A stretch of DNA of 61,204 nt, from the NCBI GenBank assembly GCA_032718475.1, contig JAUCBJ010009128.1:1-61204 (forward strand). The letters are read 5' to 3'. Numbering within the stretch: the stretch's first letter is position 1; each line of letters starts with the position of its first letter. The stretch is from Nemertoderma westbladi (Eukaryota; Animalia; Xenacoelomorpha). The notes beneath the pieces are model-generated. The model had not been told where the DNA came from and did no database searches. It saw only the letters and a program-made list of their open reading frames with translations. The position numbers were made by a program, and so were the translations under genes. Of the stretch, positions 28,401 through 40,326 are shown piece by piece.

Positions 28401-31400
28401 CAGTAGCAGTACTAAGTTCTTATTTCATTTACATTATAAGTAGCAGTACTAAGTTCTTATTTCATTTACATTATAAGTAGCAGTACTAAGTTCTTATTTC
28501 ATTTACATTATAAGTAGCAGTACTAAGTTCTTATTTCATTTACATTATAAGTAGCAGTACTAAGTTCTTATTTCATTTACATTATAAGTAGCAGTCCTAA
28601 GTTCTTATTTCATTTACATTATAAGTAGCAGTCCTAAGTTCTTATTTCATTTACATTCTAAGTAGCAGTAGCAGTACTAAGTTCTTATTTCATTTACATT
28701 ATAAGTAGCAGTCCTAAGTTCTTATTTCATTTACATTATAAGTAGCAGTCCTAAGTTCTTATTTCATTTACATTATAAGTAGCAGTACTAAGTTCTTATT
28801 TCATTTACATTATAAGTAGCAGTACTAAGTTCTTATTTCATTTACATTATAAGTAGCAGTCCTAAGTTCTTATTTCATTTACATTATAAGTAGCAGTACT
28901 AAGTTCTTATTTCATTTACATTATAAGTAGCAGTACTAAGTTCTTATTTCATTTACATTATAAGTAGCAGTACTAAGTTCTTATTTCATTTACATTATAA
29001 GTAGCAGTACTAAGTTCTTATTTCATTTACATTATAAGTAGCAGTCCTAAGTTCTTATTTCATTTACATTATAAGTAGCAGTCCTAAGTTCTTATTTCAT
29101 TTACATTATAAGTAGCAGTCCTAAGTTCTTATTTCATTTACATTATAAGTAGCAGTACTAAGTTCTTATTTCATTTACATTATAAGTAGCAGTCCTAAGT
29201 TCTTATTTCATTTACATTATAAGTAGCAGTCCTAAGTTCTTATTTCATTTACATTATAAGTAGCAGTCCTAAGTTCTTATTTCATTTACATTATAAGTAG
29301 CAGTACTAAGTTCTTATTTCATTTACATTATAAGTAGCAGTACTAAGTTCTTATTTCATTTACATTATAAGTAGCAGTACTAAGTTCTTATATCATTTAC
29401 ATTATAAGTAGCAGTACTAAGTTCTTATTTCATTTACATTATAAGTAGCAGTACTAAGTTCTTATTTCATTTACATTATAAGTAGCAGTACTAAGTTCTT
29501 ATATCATTTACATTATAAGTAGCAGTACTAAGTTCTTATTTCATTTACATTATAAGTAGCAGTACTAAGTTCTTATTTCATTTACATTATAAGTAGCAGT
29601 ACTAAGTTCTTATTTCATTTACATTATAAGTAGCAGTACTAAGTTCTTATATCATTTACATTATAAGTAGCAGTACTAAGTTCTTATTTCATTTACATTA
29701 TAAGTAGCAGTACTAAGTTCTTATTTCATTTACATTATAAGTAGCAGTACTAAGTTCTTATATCATTTACATTATAAGTAGCAGTACTAAGTTCTTATTT
29801 CATTTACATTATAAGTAGCAGTACTAAGTTCTTATATCATTTACATTATAAGTAGCAGTACTAAGTTCTTATTTCATTTACATTATAAGTAGCAGTACTA
29901 AGTTCTTATTTCATTTACATTATAAGTAGCAGTACTAAGTTCTTATATCATTTACATTATAAGTAGCAGTACTAAGTTCTTATTTCATTTACATTATAAG
30001 TAGCAGTACTAAGTTCTTATTTCATTTACATTATAAGTAGCAGTACTAAGTTCTTATATCATTTACATTATAAGTAGCAGTACTAAGTTCTTATTTCATT
30101 TACATTATAAGTAGCAGTACTAAGTTATTATTTCATTTACATTATAAGTAGCAGTACTAAGTTCTTATTTCATTTACATTATAAGTAGCAGTCCTAAGTT
30201 CTTATTTCATTTACATTCTAAGTAGCAGTAGCAGTACTAAGTTCTTATTTCATTTACATTATAAGTAGCAGTACTAAGTTCTTATTTCATTTACATTATA
30301 AGTAGCAGTACTAAGTTCTTATTTCATTTACATTATAAGTAGCAGTCCTAAGTTCTTATTTCATTTACATTATAAGTAGCAGTAGCAGTACTAAGTTCTT
30401 ATTTCATTTACATTATAAGTAGCAGTACTAAGTTCTTATTTCATTTACATTATTAGTAGCAGTACTAAGTTCTTATTTCATTTACATTATAAGTAGCAGT
30501 ACTAAGTTCTTATTTCATTTACATTATAAGTAGCAGTACTAAGTTCTTATTTCATTTACATTATAAGTAGCAGTCCTAAGTTCTTATTTCATTTACATTA
30601 TAAGTAGCAGTAGCAGTACTAAGTTCTTATATCATTTACATTATAAGTAGCAGTACTAAGTTCTTATTTCATTTACATTATAAGTAGCAGTCCTAAGTTC
30701 TTATTTCATTTACATTATAAGTAGCAGTACTAAGTTCTTATATCATTTACATTATAAGTAGCAGTACTAAGTTCTTATTTCATTTACATTATAAGTAGCA
30801 GTCCTAAGTTCTTATTTCATTTACATTATAAGTAGCAGTACTAAGTTCTTATTTCATTTACATTATAAGTAGCAGTACTAAGTTCTTATTTCATTTACAT
30901 TATAAGTAGCAGTACTAAGTTCTTATTTCATTTACATTATAAGTAGCAGTACTAAGTTCTTATTTCATTTACATTATAAGTAGCAGTACTAAGTTCTTAT
31001 TTCATTTACATTATAAGTAGCAGTACTAAGTTCTTATTTCATTTACATTATAAGTAGCAGTACTAAGTTCTTATTTCATTTACATTATAAGTAGCAGTAC
31101 TAAGTTCTTATATCATTTACATTATAAGTAGCAGTACTAAGTTCTTATTTCATTTACATTATAAGTAGCAGTACTAAGTTCTTATATCATTTACATTATA
31201 AGTAGCAGTACTAAGTTCTTATTTCATTTACATTATAAGTAGCAGTACTAAGTTCTTATTTCATTTACATTATAAGTAGCAGTACTAAGTTCTTATTTCA
31301 TTTACATTATAAGTAGCAGTACTAAGTTCTTATTTCATTTACATTATAAGTAGCAGTACTAAGTTCTTATTTCATTTACATTATAAGTAGCAGTACTAAG

Positions 31401-32418
31401 TTCTTATTTCATTTACATTATAAGTAGCAGTACTAAGTTCTTATTTCATTTACATTATAAGTAGCAGTACTAAGTTCTTATTTCATTTACATTATAAGTA
31501 GCAGTCCTAAGTTCTTATTTCATTTACATTATAAGTAGCAGTCCTAAGTTCTTATTTCATTTACATTATAAGTAGCAGTACTAAGTTCTTATTTCATTTA
31601 CATTATAAGTAGCAGTACTAAGTTCTTATTTCATTTACATTATAAGTAGCAGTACTAAGTTCTTATTTCATTTACATTATAAGTAGCAGTACTAAGTTCT
31701 TATTTCATTTACATTATAAGTAGCAGTACTAAGTTCTTATTTCATTTACATTATAAGTAGCAGTACTAAGTTCTTATTTCATTTACATTATAAGTAGCAG
31801 TCCTAAGTTCTTATTTCATTTACATTATAAGTAGCAGTACTAAGTTCTTATTTCATTTACATTATAAGTAGCAGTACTAAGTTCTTATTTCATTTACATT
31901 ATAAGTAGCAGTACTAAGTTCTTATTTCATTTACATTATAAGTAGCAGTCCTAAGTTCTTATTTCATTTACATTATAAGTAGCAGTCCTAAGTTCTTATT
32001 TCATTTACATTATAAGTAGCAGTACTAAGTTCTTATTTCATTTACATTATAAGTAGCAGTACTAAGTTCTTATTTCATTTACATTATAAGTAGCAGTACT
32101 AAGTTCTTATTTCATTTACATTATAAGTAGCAGTCCTAAGTTCTTATTTCATTTACATTATAAGTAGCAGTACTAAGTTCTTATTTCATTTACATTATAA
32201 GTAGCAGTACTAAGTTCTTATTTCATTTACATTATAAGTAGCAGTACTAAGTTCTTATTTCATTTACATTATAAGTAGCAGTACTAAGTTCTTATTTCAT
32301 TTACATTATAAGTAGCAGTCCTAAGTTCTTATTTCATTTACATTATAAGTAGCAGTACTAAGTTCTTATTTCATTTACATTATAAGTAGCAGTACTAAGT
32401 TCTTATTTCATTTACATT
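16446..32418. repeat. 37-bp satellite array, unit GTTCTTATTTCATTTACATTATAAGTAGCAGTACTAA, ~430 assembled copies
   Basis: Head-to-tail, nearly invariant units with no spacers. Recurrent variants: GTCCT, TATATC, and a 43-bp unit carrying an AGCAGT duplication. Confidence 0.99.
26192..26291. other. Assembly gap (100 N) inside the satellite; true array length unknown
   Basis: Run of N bases. Confidence 0.99.
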
Positions 32419-33044
32419 CATTATTTTTCATTATTTTTTATTAATTAATAAAATATTATATATATAAGAAAGAACAAACGAAGAGTCAGCAGAAACGAAT
32501 GGGGTGAACCCGACCCCGGAGCTGTGACACCCCTCGACGTGAGCCACGATCTTATGCTCCCGGCCACAGTGAGGGCATGTCCAGGTTTGCTGGGTGGTGG
32601 GGACAGGAAGATCGGAGGTTGATGTCCTCTCGGGTTCCTCTGCAGATGTGGACAGGGAGGTTAGGGCAGGATCTAGGTGTGGGTTGGCTGGTTGGTGGCC
32701 AAGGATGAGGGAACCAAGGGGTCCAGCCTGGCAAACGGAGTTTACATATGCAGCTGGTGCATGGTCAGTTGCCTTGTGCAGGCCTCGACCCCCCATAGCG
32801 GTTGGAAGGCATGCCTTGTTGTATGACCAGTCGGAGAGCGAACGTCCGATCGGGTCAGACAAGGAGTCATGCATGATGAGGTCGATTTCCGAGGAATACT
32901 ACACTACCAGAGATGGAGGGCAACAGCGCGGGCGAAGACGACCTTGGGGCAAGCAGGTGCAGAGGAGGGCTGTTTCTATCTGTGAGTCCAGAAGCTCTGG
33001 CAGGCATGCAATTATGGCACGGACCTTTATTGATCCGTCTCATA
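32419..33044 (-). mobile_element. Degenerate, internally deleted CRE/SLACS-clade non-LTR retrotransposon remnant
   Basis: The minus strand translates to LLDSQIETALLCTCLP...CPPS...LSDWSYNKACLPTAMGGRGL...APAAYVNS (CRE-type post-RT region) and then HKIVAHVEGCHSSGVGFTPFV (restriction-like endonuclease end). An A-rich 3' end abuts the satellite. Confidence 0.72.
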
Positions 33045-33214
33045 ACATTATAAGGATCAGCATCAGTATATCTGAACAGCAGTACTTTGCACAGTACTTT
33101 TGTGCACAATGTACTTCTTGATACAATAGTCGATAACTTGATAGGCCTACAGTAGTCTATGTGCAGAACGCACATAAATTTGGCCTATATGTACCGTTTA
33201 CTGTAACTAGTAAT

Positions 33215-34425
33215 TGTGACGGGACTGACGGAGTTGGCAGTATCAGCTCCCGACCGGTGTAGGTTGTACGCGTCGTTGCGTCGCTGGGCTGCTGGGCTAA
33301 CTGACGGCTGGATAATATCTTTGGCCAAAGGCCGATAGAAAAACAACGGTGTTAGTTGTCAGTATTGATAATCACAGCAATTGATAGTAGCACAGTCTGA
33401 ATATAATAATATGCAATGCAAATAGTAACAGTAACAACGATGTAGTAACGACGGTCAAAAACTATTCCGGTCTCACAACCGTAAGGGAATCAACTAACTA
33501 ATAATCAGTGATTACAAGAGTTATATCATTGACACATATTGGTTTTAGCCCTACACTACTGGGCGGCCTCTGGTATCCAATGGATGCGCTCTTGTCCTCC
33601 CCAACGTGCTCTCCTGCCCGCTATTGGCTTATATACTAATTGTCACTCCGCCACTCCCTGTTGGTGTTTCCCCTTGGTGCTAGCCTCACTAGCTGGTTTC
33701 TCCCTCTGAGGTGGTTTGACCTCTCACCTCTCTCTGTGGCTTACGGTGTGTATCGCCCCCCCCCCCCCCCCAGTTGGTTATGAGGTGAGATTATTATTGG
33801 TAATCTCACATCGCCAACTATATTGGTAAAATGCCACTAGTCCCATTTTCGGTGGGCAATGCACGGAATTGAATCCGCTTACACTCCCCCCCCCCATGAT
33901 ATCTTCCCGGTGAGAAGATAGCATCAACCTTTAAGTGCGCTTCAATTCCGCTGGAATCCAATCTAATATTGGATGTGGGGTGGAGTTTTCTTCTCGGGGT
34001 CGGCTTTCTAGACTGACCCCCATGGGTCTGTTATCACTACCCATCCTTGGTACGTCTGCAAGCTATCTTCACACAATTTTCCTCAAATTTTCCTCACGGA
34101 CCTTTCTGTCCCTTCCTCTCCCACCAGTCCCTTTGGGACTCATCCTCCTCCATGCTCGCCCCCCCTCCCCACACTTGAATCTCGCACTTCCTCCATTTTC
34201 CCAATTCTAACACCTCCTCCCCATATTTTTCCATTTCCGTACACTCAACCCGTTCTCGTTCTCCCTCTCCGTGCCCTCCTGTCAGGCTCCCACATTCTCA
34301 TTAGAGCGGCTGCACTTGAGAAATGGGATCCGTCTAATGTCTCGTTCTCCTGTCCTAGTCAATTTGTCCCCAATCCCAGTAGCTAGTTGGAAAAAGTTAT
34401 ATATGACTATAGTACTTACATTGAT
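33215..34425. repeat. Left arm of a ~1.2-kb inverted repeat, beginning TGTGACGG
   Basis: Reverse-complement homolog of 38585-39788, roughly 75-90% identical by eye, with indels. Confidence 0.95.
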
Positions 34426-34599
34426 TATATTTGCTATTAATTAATTATTTTACGTACGTACATACTAATTGCACTTAATTAATTGCACTTAGGAGTTTGT
34501 ACTGCTTCCTTCATGTGGTGCCTTCCAGGCACACCCACACCCCTGTTCCTGAGTTCTACTTCGCTCCTCCCATCTTCGGGAACCATCTGAGTTCCTTGC

Positions 34600-35725
34600 C
34601 CCTATCGTCATCTTGCCTGGGCCGTTTCCTTCCTTCTTTCCTTATCCTTATCCTTATCCTTGAGGCTACTCATCCTCGCCGATACCGTCTTTCCAAGTCC
34701 CGTCGTTGGTTCTTTGGGCGCAGGTGTTATCAACTCCCAGTATCGCTTTGCAGGTGGTCCCACTGAGTGCCCCTCCTGTTTCCCTCTGGTAGCGTCCCAC
34801 AGGATCATTTTCATCGCCCGCGGCACGTGCTCCCCCAGAAAGTCCCTGAATTCGATCCTATTTTCTGGCGACCATCTATCTAGGTATCTCTGAGTATTAA
34901 TGATCGCTGTCGCTACCTCCTGATTGTGAATGGTAGTCTCCTCTTGGTGATCTCCTGGTGGGCTTCCACGTTGATACTAAAGAAACCCCACCGGAACTCC
35001 TGGGCCTTCATCCTTTGTCATGTCATGACTCCGACGTCGGCCCACTCCTCGAAGATCCGGAACTTCTCCTCGTCTTCCATCCAATCGCACTGGCACTCAA
35101 AGTGGCCCCGAAACTTGCACTTTGAGCATCGGTTGTGCAACCTTGGACAAGCACCCATCTTATGGGTCGACTCGCGGTAGTAGAGAAACGCCGTTTCCTT
35201 CTGGAAACGGTACAGACAGTTCTTTTGCTGGTGGGATATTCTCCCACAGTAATCGCAACTGTGTACCAGTGTGTCCCGCCCCAAGTCGTCTTTGGCTCCG
35301 CATGGCCTCCTGGGTCTATGGAGCCGCTGGTAGGCAAAGATCTGAACGCTGTCCTCCCTACCCATGTCGATGTCCTCCTCCACCCTCGGCATTGTTTCCC
35401 CAAACACTACCCATGGTGCCGTTCCCGGTTGCTTGCCGAACCTGATTGTACTTGCTGCGAAATCCATCACCGGCTCCCCGTGCTCCCAGGCCCGCTTACC
35501 GGGTTTGTCCCAGAAGGCTCTCGCCCCGCAGGCCGTCACCAACCTTCCGCCCACCCAGTCCGTATCCGAGTGGCCGATCCTCGCTATCTGCGGCATTGCC
35601 CCGAACTCGTCCTCCTCCTCTTCCCCCGCTGGGATCGCTAAGTTAGTGGGATGGGCAGATCCGCGCGACAGCGAATCCGAGGTTAACCCCGAGGATTCGG
35701 TGTCGTCGGTTAGTAGGAATCCCAT
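34600..35725 (-). pseudogene. Disrupted Cys/His-rich ORF with zinc-knuckle-like motifs (gag-like or accessory TE protein)
   Basis: ORF 35018-35725 contains CDYCGRISHQQKNC and CSKCKFRGHFECQC (CX2CX4HX4C pattern). Coding-like sequence continues past a stop. Confidence 0.55.
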
Positions 35726-35726
35726 C

Positions 35727-36802
35727 CAACGCGGGAAAATTAGTAGGACAGAGAGGCGACGGGAGTCTGTCGCAACCGAAAAGTCCGCTACATCCTCCGT
35801 GAAAGCAAGACGGGTGTTAGAGATAGATCTGGCGTGTCAATTAGATATTGTTGCGCTGGATCAAAAGGAACTAGAAAGGCAGCTGGACGAGGGGACTGCA
35901 TTACTAGAGAGGGAGAGGGAATTAACGAGAGAGTGTAAAGAGAGGGCCGAGAGGGTGGTGAGAAACTATACAGAGTGAGAGGAAAGAGAGATGAGTGAGC
36001 GCAAAGAGCGAGAGGCAAGGAAAAAGAACCAGCGTAGAGAGCGGGAGGAGTGGGCGGTGAGAGTGGAAAAGGAGCGCAAGGAGCGATAGGCTGAGAGAAT
36101 TGAGAGAGAAGCAATCGAGCTCAGAGAGCGGGAGGCGAGGGAGACGAACGAGCGTAGAGAGCGAGAGGCGAGGGAGACAGAACTAGCCAACCAAAGTATT
36201 AGAGAGGATAGAGAGAGAGAGAGGGCGGGCAAACGCTTGCGGGACAATATGCATACCCGGCTGAGGGGGTTGATGCAATTCCAAGCGAAACAAAAGCGCC
36301 GATTAGAAATGGCAAAAATGGGTTTATCGGAGAGCGAGGCTGGTTTGGGTAGTATTTATGAGGAACCAGAGGTGATGGAAACATTTGTTAATACCCCACT
36401 TACAGGTACCGGATGACAGACCCAAGACTGGTATGACCGAACGGGCGGGAGGGGGGGGGGGGGCAATAATAATACGTTTAATGAAGTTAATATTAATAGT
36501 ACCATAATAGATAACCCTATTACTAATAAAACTTTTCTTGCAGGAAATAATATTTTACCCAGTAATAATTCGAATATTGGTGCACAAAATAATTTAAGTA
36601 ATAACATAGATAATATCGAACAAAATAATTTAAATAACATAAATAATACCGAACAAAATAATTTAAATAATTTAGACAATAATTCAAATAATAATATAAT
36701 AAATAACCCCGCAGAATTAATCAAAATAATATAATTAATAATGTAGTAAACCAAGAGGGCGAGACTATTAACGGTGCAATTAATACAAATGTAGGGGGAA
36801 CA
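35727..36802 (+). pseudogene. Degenerate E/R-rich coiled-coil plus Asn-rich ORF, possibly an LTR-element gag N-terminus
   Basis: Purine-rich frame (ELERQLDEGTALLERERELTRECKER...) broken by stops, followed by an Asn-rich low-complexity tract that runs into the integrase fragment. Confidence 0.4.
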
Positions 36803-37261
36803 ATGCCCAATGAGAGCCTACAATGCCATGCAGTTGCGCCCGAGAACGACGACCCAGAATCACTGGACGTCCTCACACCAGCACACTTACTCATGGAGAT
36901 ACCAGCGACGATTGACATGCGAAGTGTGGATCCAGACGACATACATTCGCGTCAAAGTTGGAAAGTCGCCAAGGCAATAAGCGCAGAGTATTGGACAAGG
37001 TGGATCCTTCCAACACTACATAAGAGGAGTAAATGGAGGAACAGTCACAGGGAACTAAAGAAGGGTGACTTGATAATTGTCACAGGTGACACAATTATCA
37101 ATAACCAGTGGAGACTAGTTAGGGTAGTAGAAACCTACCCCGACGAGGATGGAAGGATTATATCCGTGGAAGTAAGGATCGGAGGAAAGATAGGGGCCAA
37201 AGATAGGAAGACCTACAGGAGGGCGGTAGGAAAGTGTTGCCTATTGGAAGGGTCGCCTTAG
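36803..37261 (+). mobile_element. BEL/Pao LTR retrotransposon integrase C-terminus (DUF5641-like)
   Basis: LTPAHLLM...YWTRWILPTLHKRSKW...LKKGDLII...WRLVRVVETYPDEDGRIISVEV. A purine tract (GAGGGGGGTGGGAA) followed by TG lies just downstream at ~37288-37303. Confidence 0.88.
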
Positions 37262-37481
37262 AGTTAAGTCGTCCAATATATTGGTCTGAGGGGGGTGGGA
37301 ATGAGGACGAGACGCCCTTCCCACACATAAAAACAAAAATAAAATAATAAGCAAAATAATAAAATAAGTACTTAGTACCAAGGTACGCTGTATGTAGATA
37401 GTAGATATTAGTAGGTAGTTAAAAATTATGTACGTCGGAAGGGTACAATAATGTACCAATGTACCTAATTTACAATTTACG

Positions 37482-38265
37482 TACCGTAGAACTTGTGGGC
37501 ACTGAGGGAGCCACGTGAGGAATCAGGGGGGGGGGGGGGGGTATGTAGGCATACCATAGTAGAAGGGTACATAGTACCTTAAAACTTGTGGGCACTGAGG
37601 GCGCCACGTGAGGAATTGGGGGTGTGTTCCCATACCATAGATGAGGGGTACATAGTACCGTAAAACTTGTGGGCACTGAGGGCGCCACGTGAGGAATTGG
37701 GGGGTATGTACGCATACCGTAGCTGAGGGGTACATAGTACCGTAAAACTTGTGGGCACTGAAGGCGCCACGTGAGGAATTTGGGGGTATGTACGCATACT
37801 GTAGCTGAGGGGTACATAGTACCGTAAAACTTGTGGTCACCGAGGGCGCCACGTGAGGAATTGGGGGGTATGTACACATACTGTAGCTGAGGGGTACATA
37901 ATACCGTAAAAATTGTGGGCACTGAGGGCGCCACGTGAGGAATTGGGGGGTATGTACGCATACCGTAGCTGAGGGGTACACAGTACCGTAAAACTTGTGG
38001 GCACTGAGGGCGCCACGTGAGGAATTGGGGGGTATGTACACATACTGTAGCTGAGGGGTACATAATACCGTAAAACTTGTGGGCACTGAGGGCGCCACGT
38101 GAGGAATTGGGGGGTATGTACGCATACCGTAGCTGAGGGGTACATAGTACCGTAAAACTTGTGGGCACTGAGGGCGCCATGTGAGGAATTGAGGGGGGGG
38201 GGGGTATGTACGCGTACCGTAAACTTGTGGGCACTGAGGGCGCCACGTGAGGAATTGAGGGGGGA
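37482..38265. repeat. 82-bp GC-rich minisatellite, ~9-10 copies
   Basis: AAAACTTGTG recurs at 37662, 37744 and 37826 (period 82). Units contain GGCGCCACGTGAGG. Confidence 0.97.
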
Positions 38266-38584
38266 TATCAGATGGCAGATAGGATAATAGCACAGGTAGG
38301 GGGGAATATAGATAGAATATAATCAGGGCAAATTGACACATAAAGGGGAATATTTGTACAAATAGAAAGAACAAGATAGGAGGAAGGCCATCACTGATTT
38401 AAACTAATTAAGACCATACTTAGTTATCTCTTACCATCCTGAGCCTTTCTAAGGCACCACCAGTTTGGTGAGAGGGGAGAATCGTGATGGCGGAGAAAGC
38501 ATGAAACGGGCGAGACCGGGAGTGACGAGTCATATCACCTCCGAGAGGGGGGGTTAAGACACGTCATGTAGACGAATGTATAAT

Positions 38585-39788
38585 ATAATATACATACTAT
38601 AGTCAAGTACAAACTTTTTCCAATTAGCTACTGGGACTGGGGACTAATTGACTAGAACAGCAGGACGAGACTTAGACGGATCCTACTGACATGGTGCACA
38701 CATGCGTGGGACCCGATAAGAGTGTGGAGAGTGACAACAAAAATGGGGGAATGGGGGGAGTATGGAGAGGAGGTGTTAGGGTGTGAGGAAGTGAAAGAAG
38801 TGCGAGATTCAAGTGCGGGGAGCGAGCATAGAGGAGGATGAGTCCCAAGGGACTGGTGAGAGAGGCAGGGACAACAAGGTCCATGAGGAAAATTTGAGGG
38901 AAATTGTGTGAGGAGTGAGGGCAATGATCTCAAACAGAAACGCCAGATACCTTGGTGCAACATAGCTCGCGATTGTACCAAGGGTGGGTAGTGATAACAG
39001 ACCCATGGGGGCCGGTCTGGAAAACCGACCCCGAGAAGAAAATTCCACCACACATCCAATATTAGATTGGATTCAGGGAAATTGAAGCGCACTTAAGGTT
39101 GATGCTATCTTCTCACCGGGAAGATAGCATGGGGGGGGGGAGTGTAAGCGGATTCAATTCCGTGCATTACCCACCCAAAATGGGACTAGTGGCATTTTAC
39201 CAATATAGTTGGCGATATGAGATTACCAATAATAATCTCACCTCATAACCAACTGGGGGGGAGGGGGGGGATACACGCCGTAAGCCACAGAGAGATGTGA
39301 GAGGTCAAACCACCTCAGAACGAGAAACAAGCTAGTGAGGCTAGCACCAAGGGGTAACACCAACAGGGAGTGGCGAAGTGACAATTAGTATATAAGCCAA
39401 TAGTGGGCAGGAAAGCACGTTGGGGAGGACAAGAGCGCATCCATTGGATATCAGAGGCCGCCCAGTAGTGTAGGGCTAAAACCAATATGTGTCAATGATA
39501 TAACTGATTATTAATTAGTTGATTCCCTTACTGTTGTGAGACCGGAATAGTTTTTGACCGTCGTTGTTACTGTTACTGTTTACATTGCATATTATTATAT
39601 TCAGACTGTGCTATTATCGATTGCTGTGATTATCAATACTGACAACTAACTTCGTTGTTTTTCTATCGGCCTTTGGCCAAACATATTATCCAGACGTCAG
39701 TCAGCCCAGCAGCCCAGCGACGCAACGACGCGTACAACCTACACCGGTCGGTATCCACTACTGTCAACTCAAGGTGGATACCGTCACA
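38585..39788. repeat. Right arm of the ~1.2-kb inverted repeat, ending CCGTCACA
   Basis: Reverse-complement homolog of 33215-34425. TATATAAG at ~39389. Confidence 0.95.
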
Positions 39789-40326
39789 CACGAGAGCAAG
39801 AAATTCGAAATATAATACTCAATTATTATACTGTACTCTAGTTGGAAGGATAGTCGTAGGTGTGTTTGATATTATTAAGTGGGCCACTATTTGCCAAGTT
39901 ACTAAGGTTTTGTTTAGCCTGGTTGCTATGGCAATGCAATATTCTAGAATGTATTATATTGTTAGCCTGTAGCTATGTTATTTTACATATGGTTCAATTC
40001 AGAAGGCCTTCTGGCATACATTGCGGTATCGGTAGTTTATCTAACCCTAATCTACTCCTAATCTGTTCCTATTCTTCCTAATTATGTTGAAGATTACTGT
40101 AATGTCAGACGTACCTCCTACAGTTTTACTTGAACTATTGAAATTTATCTACTGTACTTTATGTACAGTACTTTTGTATTTTATGCACTGTACGTTTTTT
40201 ACCTTTAGTTTTTGTTTAACTTTAAGTACTGCACTTTATTTACTGTACTTAATGTAGACCTACTGTATTTTATGTACTGTAGTATTTGCATTTTGGAATA
40301 ATTTTATGCAGTAATATTCATAGATC

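Noticed and set aside
16446-32418. CRISPR array (37-bp repeat length is CRISPR-like)
   Set aside because: Units are contiguous with no unique spacers, there are no cas genes, and the context is eukaryotic.
36356-36754. Hydrophobic 132-aa membrane-protein-like ORF
   Set aside because: It is the antisense of an AAT-rich (Asn) low-complexity tract.
37586-37607. tRNA primer-binding site (TGGCGCCC on the minus strand of the 82-bp unit)
   Set aside because: Only ~8 nt resemble a tRNA-Lys PBS, and it is not positioned next to an LTR end.
37470-38374. Long minus-strand ORFs of 258 and 283 aa
   Set aside because: They cycle through all three frames of the 82-bp repeat and show no protein features.
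33215-39788. DIRS element or Polinton as the explanation for the inverted arms
   Set aside because: No tyrosine recombinase, internal complementary region, polB or (AG)n termini seen. The only recognisable enzyme fragment is BEL-type.
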